Shown: positions 41,159 to 51,084 of the stretch, piece by piece | Numbering within the stretch: position 1 is the first letter of the stretch | Layout of the letters: every line of letters begins with the position of its first letter | Assembly: GCA_030429585.1 (NCBI GenBank) | Contig: JAUIEU010000001.1 | Location: 1,827,848 to 1,891,847 of the forward strand | DNA: 64,000 nt | Reading direction: 5' to 3' | From: a bacterium | GTDB taxonomy: Bacteria > Cyanobacteriota > Vampirovibrionia > Vampirovibrionales > Vampirovibrionaceae | The notes under the pieces: model-generated | The model's input: only the letters and a program-made list of their open reading frames with translations | What the model was told of the DNA's origin: nothing | Database searches by the model: none | Position numbers and translations under genes: made by a program

Positions 41159-42631
41159 ATGACGACTGTTGTTGCAGATTCCTTGCCCGCTGAATTAGCG
41201 TCGTTGGAACATTTAAGCGAAGCGCTGCTGCAAAAATACAATACTAGCGGCCCGCGTTATACCAGCTACCCTACGGCCCCTATGTGGCAAGAAGAATTTA
41301 AATCGCCAGAAATGACCACGGCGTTAAACGATATTGGCTCGTCTACAGCGCCGCTGTCTTTGTATACGCACCTGCCTTTTTGCGAGGCGCGCTGCTTGTT
41401 TTGTAGTTGCAATGTGGTGATTACCCGCAATCGCGAGCAAGTGGATGTGTACATGGCCGCCCTGTTTAAGGATATGGCGCGTGTGGCCAACGATTTGGGC
41501 GATGGCGCAAAGCAGCGCCCCGTTAAGCAATTCCATTGGGGTGGCGGTACACCGACTTATTTAACTAGCGCACAAATGGCCACCGTGTTTAACGAGTATA
41601 AACGCCATTTTACGTTTGCAGATGATGCAGAAATTGCTATCGAAGTAGACCCGCGCGTGACGACTGCCGAGCAAATGACAACGCTTCGTGACCTGGGATT
41701 TAACCGGGTTAGTTTGGGCGTGCAAGATTTTTATGGCCCTACCCAAGAGGCTGTTCGTCGGGTGCAATCGTTAGAACAAACCGAAGCGTTGGTTACCCAA
41801 GCGCGAGACCTAGGTTTTGGCGGCATTAATTTCGATCTCATTTACGGCCTGCCTCATCAAACCGAAACTAGTTTTGCAGACACTTTAGAAACGGTAATTC
41901 GTTTATCCCCAGATCGTATTGCGCTATACAATTTTGCCTATGTGCCGTGGATGAGTCCGCACCAACAAGCCTTAGACGAGGCGACCCTGCCTGATGGGCC
42001 TGTAAAATTTGCCATTTTTAAACACGCCATTGGCAGGTTACTCGGAGCTGGTTACGTGTATATTGGCATGGATCACTTTGCCAAACCCACTGACGAGCTT
42101 TCTATTGCGTGGCGCGAAGGCAGTCTGCATCGCAACTTTATGGGCTACACCACCCAAGCCGGTTGCGAGCTCCTTGGCTTAGGTGTTAGTGCCATTAGCG
42201 GGTTAAATAATCATTATGCGCAAAACGCCCGCACCCTAGCCGATTATTATAAATCTATCGACGCAGGGCAACACCCTACCCTGCGTGGTTTAACGTTAAA
42301 TAGCGATGATCATTTGCGGCGTGGGGCAATTCATCAAGTGTTGTGTAACGCCCAACTGCGTTGGGATACCTTGGATGCCGATTTTGGCATTAACAGCCGA
42401 AAACTATTTGCAGAGGCGCGCAACCAGCATGCCGCTATGGCTGCGGATGGGTTAATTACTTTAGATGGCCCTAACGGTGATGATGGGTTTACCTTAACCC
42501 TGCTAGGCCGAATTTTAAGCCGCAACATTGCGATGCCTTTTGATGCATATTTAAAAAATAATGCGGCGAATGTGTCGCCCCGAAAACCTGACGCGCCACG
42601 CCGCGAACCGATTTATTCTAAGACGTTATAG
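41159..42631 (+). CDS. hemN: Oxygen-independent coproporphyrinogen III dehydrogenase
   Basis: GPRYTSYPTA, CxxxCxxC, GGGTP, HRNFMGYTT (true HemN signature). Confidence 0.95.
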   Translation: MTTVVADSLPAELASLEHLSEALLQKYNTSGPRYTSYPTAPMWQEEFKSPEMTTALNDIGSSTAPLSLYTHLPFCEARCLFCSCNVVITRNREQVDVYMAALFKDMARVANDLGDGAKQRPVKQFHWGGGTPTYLTSAQMATVFNEYKRHFTFADDAEIAIEVDPRVTTAEQMTTLRDLGFNRVSLGVQDFYGPTQEAVRRVQSLEQTEALVTQARDLGFGGINFDLIYGLPHQTETSFADTLETVIRLSPDRIALYNFAYVPWMSPHQQALDEATLPDGPVKFAIFKHAIGRLLGAGYVYIGMDHFAKPTDELSIAWREGSLHRNFMGYTTQAGCELLGLGVSAISGLNNHYAQNARTLADYYKSIDAGQHPTLRGLTLNSDDHLRRGAIHQVLCNAQLRWDTLDADFGINSRKLFAEARNQHAAMAADGLITLDGPNGDDGFTLTLLGRILSRNIAMPFDAYLKNNAANVSPRKPDAPRREPIYSKTL

Positions 42632-42640
42632 GTAGGTATA

Positions 42641-43810
42641 ATGGCAACCCTTCAGGATTATTCTCAATCGGCGCTGCGGGCAAATATTCATAAAAAAAAA
42701 TCGCACCAGCAGTTTAGTGCCCCGTTTACCCCTAGTGCTGGCCAGCCTTTTGTACCCAGTGCCCATACTGGCGTGGTGTTAATGAACATGGGCGGCCCCG
42801 ATGATGCTGCCAGCGTTAAGCCGTTTTTGTACAATTTATTTTCTGACCCCGATATTATTAAACTCCCCCTGTCGTGGTTGCTGCAACCGTTGCTAGCCAA
42901 ACTTATTGTCAGCAAACGGGGCGATGAAGCGATAGACAATTACGCCAAAATGGATGGCTTTAATGGCGGGTCGCCCCAACTGCCTATTACTCGCAAGCAA
43001 GCGGCATTGGTACAGCAGGCATTAGATAACCACACCCGCTGGCATACCACCGTAGCCATTGCCATGCGCTACTGGCACCCCACCACTAAAACGGCTTTAA
43101 CTCAATTGCGTGCCGCAGGCGTGCAACAATTGGTACTAACCAGTTTGTACCCGCAGTTTTCCTTTACGACGACGGGCTCTAATTTAAACGAAATTCGCCG
43201 CGTGTTAAACGCAATGAATTGGGATGTGCCCATAACGATGGTGAGTGGTTATAGCGCGCAAGACTGGTACTTAACATCCTTGGCAGAATGTATCCAAGCT
43301 GGTTTGGATAGCGCTGAGTGGCAGTGCGACAAGAGCGATGTTCAGATTTTATTTAGCGCCCATAGCCTGCCTGTTAAACATGTTACCCGCACGGGCGACC
43401 CCTACCCAGAGCTGATTGAACGCTGTATTGATGATGTGATGACGCGGTATTTTCCAAACCATAATTTTGATTTGGCGTACCAAAGTAAGGTGGGGAATTT
43501 TCCGTGGTTAGGGCCACCGACGGATGGCGTGTTAAATTATTATGCCGGCAAACAGCAAAATAATATTTTAGTGGTGCCCATTAGTTTTGTATCCGACCAT
43601 ATTGAAACGCTAGTAGAAATTGATATGGATTATATTGGCGAAGCGCGCGGATTGGGCATAACCCATATTGCCCGAGCACCCGTCATGAATACCCAGCCTA
43701 GTTTTTTAAATGGCTTGGCCCATGCCATTGATAGCCAATTAGCCATGCGCGCGGGCCTGCCGCTTGCCACAGATTTGCTGCCAGATACTGCCCCCATGGC
43801 GTTGGTATAA
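42641..43810 (+). CDS. hemH: Ferrochelatase without C-terminal CAB domain
   Basis: NMGGP, GGSP, AMRYWHP, LYPQFS..TTGS, FSAHSLP, WLGP, FVSDHIETL.EID. Confidence 0.95.
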   Translation: MATLQDYSQSALRANIHKKKSHQQFSAPFTPSAGQPFVPSAHTGVVLMNMGGPDDAASVKPFLYNLFSDPDIIKLPLSWLLQPLLAKLIVSKRGDEAIDNYAKMDGFNGGSPQLPITRKQAALVQQALDNHTRWHTTVAIAMRYWHPTTKTALTQLRAAGVQQLVLTSLYPQFSFTTTGSNLNEIRRVLNAMNWDVPITMVSGYSAQDWYLTSLAECIQAGLDSAEWQCDKSDVQILFSAHSLPVKHVTRTGDPYPELIERCIDDVMTRYFPNHNFDLAYQSKVGNFPWLGPPTDGVLNYYAGKQQNNILVVPISFVSDHIETLVEIDMDYIGEARGLGITHIARAPVMNTQPSFLNGLAHAIDSQLAMRAGLPLATDLLPDTAPMALV

Positions 43811-43813
43811 CCC

Positions 43814-45229
43814 ATGAACAACACCCTGCCAGTGGTGGTGATTGGTGCTGGCCTTACGGGGTTAACGGCGGCGTATACGTTGCATAAGGCGGGTGTGCCC
43901 GTGGTGGTGTTAGAGGCCAGCGACCAAGTGGGTGGCGTTATCCGGAGCAGTCAAAAAAATGGCTTTTTAATCGAGCACGGGCCGCATACGTTTCAAAGTA
44001 CGGCTAGCGAATTAATGATGCTGTGTGAATCGTTAGGGTTAACGCCACAAGCAGCAGCGCCGCTAGGTAAGCAACGTTTTATTTGGTGGCATAATAAATT
44101 ATGTGCGTTGCCTACAAACCTGTTTTCTTTTTTAACCACACCATTACTATCTGCAAACGCTAAATGGCGATTATTGCAAGAACCCTTTCAGCCAAAAACT
44201 ACTGCGCAGGGTAACCAAACGGTAGGGGAGTGGGCATGTAGGCGCCTAGGGCCAGAGCCGGTTACAACCATGCTAGCTCCCTTTATTAGTGGTGTGTATG
44301 CGGGCAGCGTAGCTCGTTTGGGTGCAGTAGATACGTTACCTATGTTGATAAATTTAGAACAACAGCACGGCTCGTTAGTTAAGGGCATGCTTAAAAAAGT
44401 AGTAAGCAAATCTAAAAAGTTTCTTGCAAAAAAACGCCCCTATGCTTTATATAATGTTGAAGATGGCATGCAAACGTTGCCTAAAGCAATGGCAGCAGTA
44501 TTGCCGGATGTACGTTTAAATTCCTGCGCTACAGCGTTTACTAAACACCACGATGGCCCCTTTGTTATTGGTTTAGAAGATGGCGATAGCATTCGGGCCA
44601 GCCATGTTATTGGCACGTTGCCAGCACATGCACTAGCGACGGTATTGCCAGCCATAAACGCGGCAGCATTACCGGTAATACCGTATGCGCCTATTGCGGT
44701 GGTGCATGTGGGGCTGCCAAGCCATAGCGTTAAGCAATCGCTAAACGGTTTTGGTGTGCTAGTGCCACGTGCTACGGATAAACGGATATTGGGTTGTATC
44801 TTTACTAGTCAATTATTCCCGGCACGCGCGCCCAGTGGGCAAACATTGCTAAGCGTGTTTGTTGGTGGTGCCACCGATCCTATTTCAGTTGATATGAGTG
44901 ATGCTGAGCTGCAAAAACTAGTGATGGCCGAATTAGAAACAATACTAAATATTGTGCCCAATACGCCGCCGAGCTTGTTTAGTATAACCCGCTGGCCAAA
45001 GGGTATTCCGCAAACTAATGTTGGCCACGCTAACCGTATCTCCCAGTGGAAAGACGCGGTACAAAAACAGTACCCCGGCATGGTGTTGGGCGGAAATTAT
45101 ACAGGCGGTGTTGCCTTGCACCATTGCGTGGCAGAAGGTCAGCGTTTAGCCGAGGGTATTGTGGCGCAATGGGCTGATGTTGAAACTAATGGTGAGGCAG
45201 CATCACCACAGATGGCAGGAATAGGCTAA
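43814..45229 (+). CDS. hemY: HemY-type FAD protoporphyrinogen oxidase
   Basis: GAGLTGL, GG.I.S, E.GP, GVYAG, GFG.LVP, RW..GIPQ, GNY..GV. Confidence 0.92.
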   Translation: MNNTLPVVVIGAGLTGLTAAYTLHKAGVPVVVLEASDQVGGVIRSSQKNGFLIEHGPHTFQSTASELMMLCESLGLTPQAAAPLGKQRFIWWHNKLCALPTNLFSFLTTPLLSANAKWRLLQEPFQPKTTAQGNQTVGEWACRRLGPEPVTTMLAPFISGVYAGSVARLGAVDTLPMLINLEQQHGSLVKGMLKKVVSKSKKFLAKKRPYALYNVEDGMQTLPKAMAAVLPDVRLNSCATAFTKHHDGPFVIGLEDGDSIRASHVIGTLPAHALATVLPAINAAALPVIPYAPIAVVHVGLPSHSVKQSLNGFGVLVPRATDKRILGCIFTSQLFPARAPSGQTLLSVFVGGATDPISVDMSDAELQKLVMAELETILNIVPNTPPSLFSITRWPKGIPQTNVGHANRISQWKDAVQKQYPGMVLGGNYTGGVALHHCVAEGQRLAEGIVAQWADVETNGEAASPQMAGIG

Positions 45230-45248
45230 ACTACAATAGCGTTAACCA

Positions 45249-46535
45249 ATGGTTTTTTGGGCGAGGCGATTTATGAACAGCATGGCGACACAACAAATTT
45301 TAACATCGATGGCAATGAGCATAGTGATGCTGATGGCTACCGTACCTGCGTTTGCCCAGCCTATTATGCAAATAGATATGAGCACTCAGCCACCGGATGC
45401 CACGGCGCCTATTAACATTGAGCAAAATGCTGCGGCTAACCAGTCGCAGATTACTCGCTTTCCGGCTGGGTTTGTAGCCCCGCCGCCCCATACCCCTGTG
45501 GCCGAATTAACCGCGTATGCTGAGTGGCTTGCCTTGGTGGTAGATACAAGCACGCCGGACGATGCCGTGTTAATTGCGCTAGATAATTGGATTAACGAAC
45601 CGGCCCTTGTGCCAGTATTGTACCAGCGGGTGGCGGTGCTGCTGCAATTAGGCTTAGTGCCGTGGGCATGGCAGGCTGCCCAACGCTTACCCGACGCTTC
45701 GGTAGATTATACGATGGGCCGCCATGCGGTTATGTGGCAGTTACTTTACCCGCAGCCATGGGGCGAGCAAGCACAACAAACGTATGTGACAGGATGGCGC
45801 CCGGCTATGCAGCAGTGGCTGGCTAGTAATAACACCCAGTCATTAACCCAGGTATGGCAACAGCATTTTCCGCCGTTAACCAAACCGCCAACACAGCAAT
45901 GGGTGGCCCGCTGGGCAACAGATATACCATTGGATAACGCTGAAGATAACGTGCTACCTGTGGTGCCACATCAATTAGCGCAAGCCATTTCGAACCACTG
46001 GTTGGCTTTTCAGCAGGCACTAGGCTACGTGCAGCAGGGTTACCAAACGGTTAGTAATACCTTGGTAGAATCCCAGTTATCGTCGGCGGCACGACTCGCC
46101 GAACGAGAGGCCATGCTGCCCGTTGTTGCGGCGGTTCGCCAACAAGTACGCCGCTGCCCCAAGCAACTTACCAATGCCTCATCTGCCGATATTTCTGAGG
46201 ATTGGCAGGCAGCGTTAATAGCCACTAACGAGTGGTGCCAAGCTCAACAGTGGGCACTGGGTCAATTACATACAGCCATAGGGTCGCCGCCATTTACCGG
46301 TAAACGCCCCGCCGTGGCGAGTGATGAAAGCGTGTTAGACACATTAGACGCTGCCAATGAGGCCTTAGCTAAAATGTGGCAAAACGCCATGGAAAGTTTA
46401 CCCAGCGAGCCCCACCGTTTGGCCATTCAGCGAGTGTTGCTAGAGGCGGGTGCCACGCCGGATGTAACAGGCTTTGTGTTGCAGCCTAAAAATAAACTAC
46501 AACCTATGGTGCGCTCTGTGTGGGGCGGCATTTAA
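45249..46535 (+). CDS. Hypothetical exported protein
   Basis: Signal-peptide-like segment ending AFA; long ORF following the hem cluster; no recognisable domain. Confidence 0.6.
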   Translation: MVFWARRFMNSMATQQILTSMAMSIVMLMATVPAFAQPIMQIDMSTQPPDATAPINIEQNAAANQSQITRFPAGFVAPPPHTPVAELTAYAEWLALVVDTSTPDDAVLIALDNWINEPALVPVLYQRVAVLLQLGLVPWAWQAAQRLPDASVDYTMGRHAVMWQLLYPQPWGEQAQQTYVTGWRPAMQQWLASNNTQSLTQVWQQHFPPLTKPPTQQWVARWATDIPLDNAEDNVLPVVPHQLAQAISNHWLAFQQALGYVQQGYQTVSNTLVESQLSSAARLAEREAMLPVVAAVRQQVRRCPKQLTNASSADISEDWQAALIATNEWCQAQQWALGQLHTAIGSPPFTGKRPAVASDESVLDTLDAANEALAKMWQNAMESLPSEPHRLAIQRVLLEAGATPDVTGFVLQPKNKLQPMVRSVWGGI

Positions 46536-46536
46536 T

Positions 46537-49500
46537 TTAAAGTGTTTCAGGTTGGCTCGCGGTATTGCGCTGTAAGTAGGTGTAAATTATAGGCAGTACA
46601 AATAGGGTTAGCAGGGTGGCAAAGCCCATGCCACCAATAACGGCAACGCCAAGTGCTTGGCGGCTTTGCGCCCCAACCCCTACGCCTAGTACCAGTGGTA
46701 AACTACCCGCAATGGTAGAAATGGCGGTCATCATAATGGGGCGGAACCGAATGGCGCAGGCTTTTGTTATAATTTCCGCCGCAGATGGTTGGGAGTCGTC
46801 GCCTTCTATAAAATTTTGACGAAGCGCGTTGGCATATTCAATTAGCAAAATACCATTTTTGGTAACTAAACCAACTAATAAAATTAAACCAATTTGGCTG
46901 TAGGTGTTCCAGCTGGCGCCAAATAAATACAAACTAAACATGGCCCCGCACACGGCTAGCGGCACCGTTAAAATAATCATCAAGGGCGCCATGTAGCTTT
47001 CAAATTGACCGGCCAACACTAAAAACACCATAAGGATGGCGAGTAAAAATGCAAATTGGGTGGTGCTTTGCGTTTCTTTTAATTCTAAGCTTTCGCCGGC
47101 CCAAGCGTAATCTAACTCGCCGCCTAGTAGGCCGTCTAGTTTGGCCTCAACTTGTTCCATCATGCCCCCTAACGATAAGCCAGGCACAGGGATAATACCC
47201 GCCGTAAGGGTGGCTGAACGCAAGCGGTTATAGTGGGGTAGTTCTTTCGGGGCAATGGTTTCTTCTACCACGGCAACACTGGTTAAGGGCAGCATGGTGT
47301 TGCTATCGGTGCGTACATAATAGTTGGCTAGCGCGGCAGGGTTTAGGCGCAAGTTATCTGGCGCTTGTAGCATCACATCGTAGCGTTTGTTATTAAGCTG
47401 AAAACTACTCACATCTATGCCGCCGGTAAGAATCAGCAGGGTTTGGGTTAAGTCGCGTACATTAACGCCCAGTTGGCTGGCGCGCTCCCGGTTAACGTGT
47501 ATACGCAGCTGGGGCTTGTTTAGTTTTAGGCTGTTTTGAATGTTGTAGAAGCCAAACATGCTATTCATTTCTGCTTTTATGGCTTCAGAAACCTCGGCAA
47601 TTTGCTGCAAATCAAAACCTTGAATAACGAGTTTAAAAGGATCGCCAAAACTACCGGTAGGCCCACTTGGTGGCGCAAAGGGAAACACCATCGCTTCGGG
47701 GATACTCATCATTTGGGGCAATACTTCACCGAGAACTTCTGCCTGTCCTAGTGTTCGTTCTCCGCCACCAAACACCCCTTTATCTTTTAGGGTAACAAAC
47801 ATAATGCCTTCGTTTACGGCCCCAATACCGGTTTGGCTAAAGGCTAGTACGGTAAAAAATCGTTTCACATCATCGCGGCTAGAAAACACCGCTTCGGCTT
47901 GGCGGGCGGCTTTATTGGTGTAACCAATCGTGGCCCCTTCGGGGGCACGTATGGCGGTAAGTACAAAGCCTTTATCTTCGGTGGGTAAAAACTCTTTGGG
48001 GATGATGACGTAGACCCCAGCGGTTAGTATTAGTAGCACCATAGTGCCTGCTAGTACTGCAAGGCGATGATTAAGCGCCCAATCAAGGGTGGATAAATAC
48101 CGGTCTCGAAGCGAATCAATAAAACTGCGGAAGGGTTGGGTAAACCGGTAGGCCCATTGGCGGGTAATGTTTGCCACAGGATCTAAAAAACGGCCACACA
48201 TAGTAGGCGATAGTGATAGCGCCACAAAGGTAGAAATAACGACGGCCCCGGCCAGCGCTATAGCAAACTCGCTAAACAGGCGGCCAACGGTACCGCCCAT
48301 AAACGTTAACGGTACAAAAATAGCAATTAATACCAAGGTGGTAGCAATAACAGCAAAGCCAATTTCTTTCATGCCTTCGCGGGCGGCCACTAAAGGTGGG
48401 TCGCCTTCTTCGATGCGCCGGTAAATGGTTTCTAGCACGACAATGGCATCATCAACCACTAAGCCAATGGCTAAGGTTAGTGCTAGTAGGGTTAAAATAT
48501 TAATGGAATACCCCAGCATATCCATTACAAAAAAGGTGGCCACTAGCGAAATAGGAATGGTAATTACTGGCACCAATGTGGCGCGCAGATTGCCCAAAAA
48601 TAAAAAGATGACGATACTAACTAGCGCGATGGCCTGAATCAGAGATTCGCGTACTTCTTGGATGGATTGCGCAATGGCTTTACTGCCATCGTAGCCAACT
48701 TCTAAGGTCATGCCGCGGGGTAGTTTTTTAGCCAGTTGGGCCGATTTTTCTTTAATGCGGCTCGCCACATCAAGTGTGTTGGCTTTAGATTGTTTGACGA
48801 CCCCAAGCCCCACCGCTGTTTTACCATTCATGCGTACTAACGAGCGTGTTGTGCGCGCCCCAATTTTAGCCGTGCCAATATCGCGCAACCGAATAGGTAC
48901 CCCATTAACCGTTTTAATAATGAGCCGGTTAAATTCTGCTTCATTACTCATTTCGCCAAGGGTGCGCAAGGTGTATTCTTTATCGGCCCCTTCAATGCGG
49001 CCACTGGGTAGTTCGATGTTATTGGCAACTAATGCATCCCTAACATCTAGGGGAGTGATGGCACGGGCCGCCATTTTGCTAGGGTCTAGCCATAGGCGCA
49101 TGGCGTATTCCCGCTGGCCACCAATTACCACACGGCCTACGCTGGGCACGGTTTGCAGCTGGTCAATAATAAATCTATCGGCGTAATCGGTAAGTTGTAG
49201 CTGAGAAAAACGCTCGTCGGTGTTTTTTCCCTGGGCCGCAGCATCCCCATTCGAGCCTTCTTCTGCACGCGCATTTTTTGCGTTAGCAAGGCCAAGCCAC
49301 ATAATAGGTTGGGCATCGGCATCCTGTTTTACAATCAGTGGGTCGTTAATCGATTCGGGTAGTTGCTCGCGGGCGCGGGCCACACGGTCGCGCACGTCTT
49401 GGGTGGCTTCATCAATATCACGGGTGAGTTCAAAGGTGGCAATAATGGTGCTAAAACCTTCAGCACTACTGCTAGATAAACTTTTTATGCCTTCAATACT

Positions 49501-49716
49501 GGTAATTTCATCTTCCAGTGGTTCGGTAATTGTGGTTTCAATCACCTCAGGGCTGGCGCCTTCGTAGACGGTGGTAACAGAGACGACGGGTGGATCGATA
49601 TCCGGGTATTCGCGCACGGATAGGCGCGTTAAGCCGACAAGCCCAAGCACCACCAAAATAATGGACATAACGGTGGCCAACACCGGCCGACGAATAGAAA
49701 GATCTGACAGCCACAT
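46537..49716 (-). CDS. RND efflux permease (AcrB/AcrD/AcrF family)
   Basis: SIRRPV, REYPDID.P, IGLVVDDAIVV.E, GLVTKNGIL, RFRPIMMT. Confidence 0.96.
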   Translation of the reverse strand: MWLSDLSIRRPVLATVMSIILVVLGLVGLTRLSVREYPDIDPPVVSVTTVYEGASPEVIETTITEPLEDEITSIEGIKSLSSSSAEGFSTIIATFELTRDIDEATQDVRDRVARAREQLPESINDPLIVKQDADAQPIMWLGLANAKNARAEEGSNGDAAAQGKNTDERFSQLQLTDYADRFIIDQLQTVPSVGRVVIGGQREYAMRLWLDPSKMAARAITPLDVRDALVANNIELPSGRIEGADKEYTLRTLGEMSNEAEFNRLIIKTVNGVPIRLRDIGTAKIGARTTRSLVRMNGKTAVGLGVVKQSKANTLDVASRIKEKSAQLAKKLPRGMTLEVGYDGSKAIAQSIQEVRESLIQAIALVSIVIFLFLGNLRATLVPVITIPISLVATFFVMDMLGYSINILTLLALTLAIGLVVDDAIVVLETIYRRIEEGDPPLVAAREGMKEIGFAVIATTLVLIAIFVPLTFMGGTVGRLFSEFAIALAGAVVISTFVALSLSPTMCGRFLDPVANITRQWAYRFTQPFRSFIDSLRDRYLSTLDWALNHRLAVLAGTMVLLILTAGVYVIIPKEFLPTEDKGFVLTAIRAPEGATIGYTNKAARQAEAVFSSRDDVKRFFTVLAFSQTGIGAVNEGIMFVTLKDKGVFGGGERTLGQAEVLGEVLPQMMSIPEAMVFPFAPPSGPTGSFGDPFKLVIQGFDLQQIAEVSEAIKAEMNSMFGFYNIQNSLKLNKPQLRIHVNRERASQLGVNVRDLTQTLLILTGGIDVSSFQLNNKRYDVMLQAPDNLRLNPAALANYYVRTDSNTMLPLTSVAVVEETIAPKELPHYNRLRSATLTAGIIPVPGLSLGGMMEQVEAKLDGLLGGELDYAWAGESLELKETQSTTQFAFLLAILMVFLVLAGQFESYMAPLMIILTVPLAVCGAMFSLYLFGASWNTYSQIGLILLVGLVTKNGILLIEYANALRQNFIEGDDSQPSAAEIITKACAIRFRPIMMTAISTIAGSLPLVLGVGVGAQSRQALGVAVIGGMGFATLLTLFVLPIIYTYLQRNTASQPETL

Positions 49717-49722
49717 GGTGGG

Positions 49723-51084
49723 TTATTCCTTGTCGTCGGTAGGGGGGGTAGGGGCAGAAGAAGAGGTGGATGTTTTAGATGGCGGCGTGTTAGGTAACAT
49801 TAAGGGGGCACCATCTGTTAGCTTAATTAATCCATCTGTAACAACTTGTTGGCCGGCGGTTACACCACTAAGTAATGCCACGCTGCGTTTAAATCGCTCG
49901 CCGGGGGTTACTTCGGTTAGTACGGCTGTGGGTTGGGGGGCTTTATCCGAGTTGCTTTGGCCTACCACGTATACATAATATTTTTCGCCCTGCGGAAATA
50001 CAGCAGATTCTGGTACGAGTAGGGCGTTAGGCAACGTTTCGGTAACAACGTTAACGGTTACAAATTGGCCATCGCGTCGTAAGGCGGCGGGTGTTTGGGT
50101 AAGGCGCGCCTTAATCGTAGCGGTGCGGGTTTGGGGGTTAATAATGGGGTCGATAAAGGTAATAACACCGCGGCCTGTCGGTAAGGCCTCAGTCGTTTTT
50201 AGCGTGCTAGGACGCGAGGGCGTAATCGTAATGGATTGATTACGAGAGAGCTGCGCCACGTCTTGCTCTGGCACGGTAAAGGACACTTCTAACTGGCTGT
50301 TTGGGTTTACCAGTGTTAGCACCGCTTCCGTTAGCATGACATAATCGCCGGGGTCTACCACAATTTCGCCAACCACGCCGCTAAATGGGGCCCTTAGTAT
50401 GGTTTCGCCGTAGGCCGATTGTTGTTCTTGTACCATGGCGCTGGCTTGTTGTTGGGTGGCTTTGCTTTGGGCTAGCTGAACGTTGGCTTGGGCTAGTTGG
50501 GCCTTGGCCTGTGTTAGCTGGGCTGTGGCCTGAGTAGTGGCAGTGCGTTTTTGGTCTAGTTCTAAACGAGAGATAACATCTTGCTGGTGCAGCTTTTCGT
50601 AATCGCTAAATTCTTGTTTGGCTAGTTGGGCCTGCGCTTCGGCGGCATCTACACTGGCCTGCGCCTGATGAATTAGCGTGCGTTGTGCGTGTACCGCTTG
50701 TTGGCTTGCTGCTAAGCCAGCCCGGCTTTGGGCAACGCCGGCGGCTTGTCGTTGGGCTTTTAGGGTAAGTAGGGGCGTGCCAGCGCTAACAAATTGGCCT
50801 TCGGTAACATTAATACGAGTAATTATCCCGGCTATTTCCGGATTCATGGCAATGCGGCGCGTGGCCTGCACGGTGCCTTGGGCGGTGTAGGTAATATCTA
50901 GCGGTTGTGGAGTAAGGGTAATGGTATTAACGGCTACTGGGCCACCACCAAAACCACCTTTTTTAGCGCCCATAAAACGCATGGCCACGGTGCCAATAAC
51001 AACCAACACAATGAGGGTAATAATGGCCCAAAATATCAGTAAGCCTTGCCCGTATGCAGCGGCTCTGTGGCGGCGGGTGGTCAT
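49723..51084 (-). CDS. RND periplasmic adaptor (membrane fusion protein)
   Basis: TM anchor, lipoyl halves (EGQ.V..G..L; RAPFSG), coiled coil, IDP.I...TRT. Confidence 0.93.
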   Translation of the reverse strand: MTTRRHRAAAYGQGLLIFWAIITLIVLVVIGTVAMRFMGAKKGGFGGGPVAVNTITLTPQPLDITYTAQGTVQATRRIAMNPEIAGIITRINVTEGQFVSAGTPLLTLKAQRQAAGVAQSRAGLAASQQAVHAQRTLIHQAQASVDAAEAQAQLAKQEFSDYEKLHQQDVISRLELDQKRTATTQATAQLTQAKAQLAQANVQLAQSKATQQQASAMVQEQQSAYGETILRAPFSGVVGEIVVDPGDYVMLTEAVLTLVNPNSQLEVSFTVPEQDVAQLSRNQSITITPSRPSTLKTTEALPTGRGVITFIDPIINPQTRTATIKARLTQTPAALRRDGQFVTVNVVTETLPNALLVPESAVFPQGEKYYVYVVGQSNSDKAPQPTAVLTEVTPGERFKRSVALLSGVTAGQQVVTDGLIKLTDGAPLMLPNTPPSKTSTSSSAPTPPTDDKE

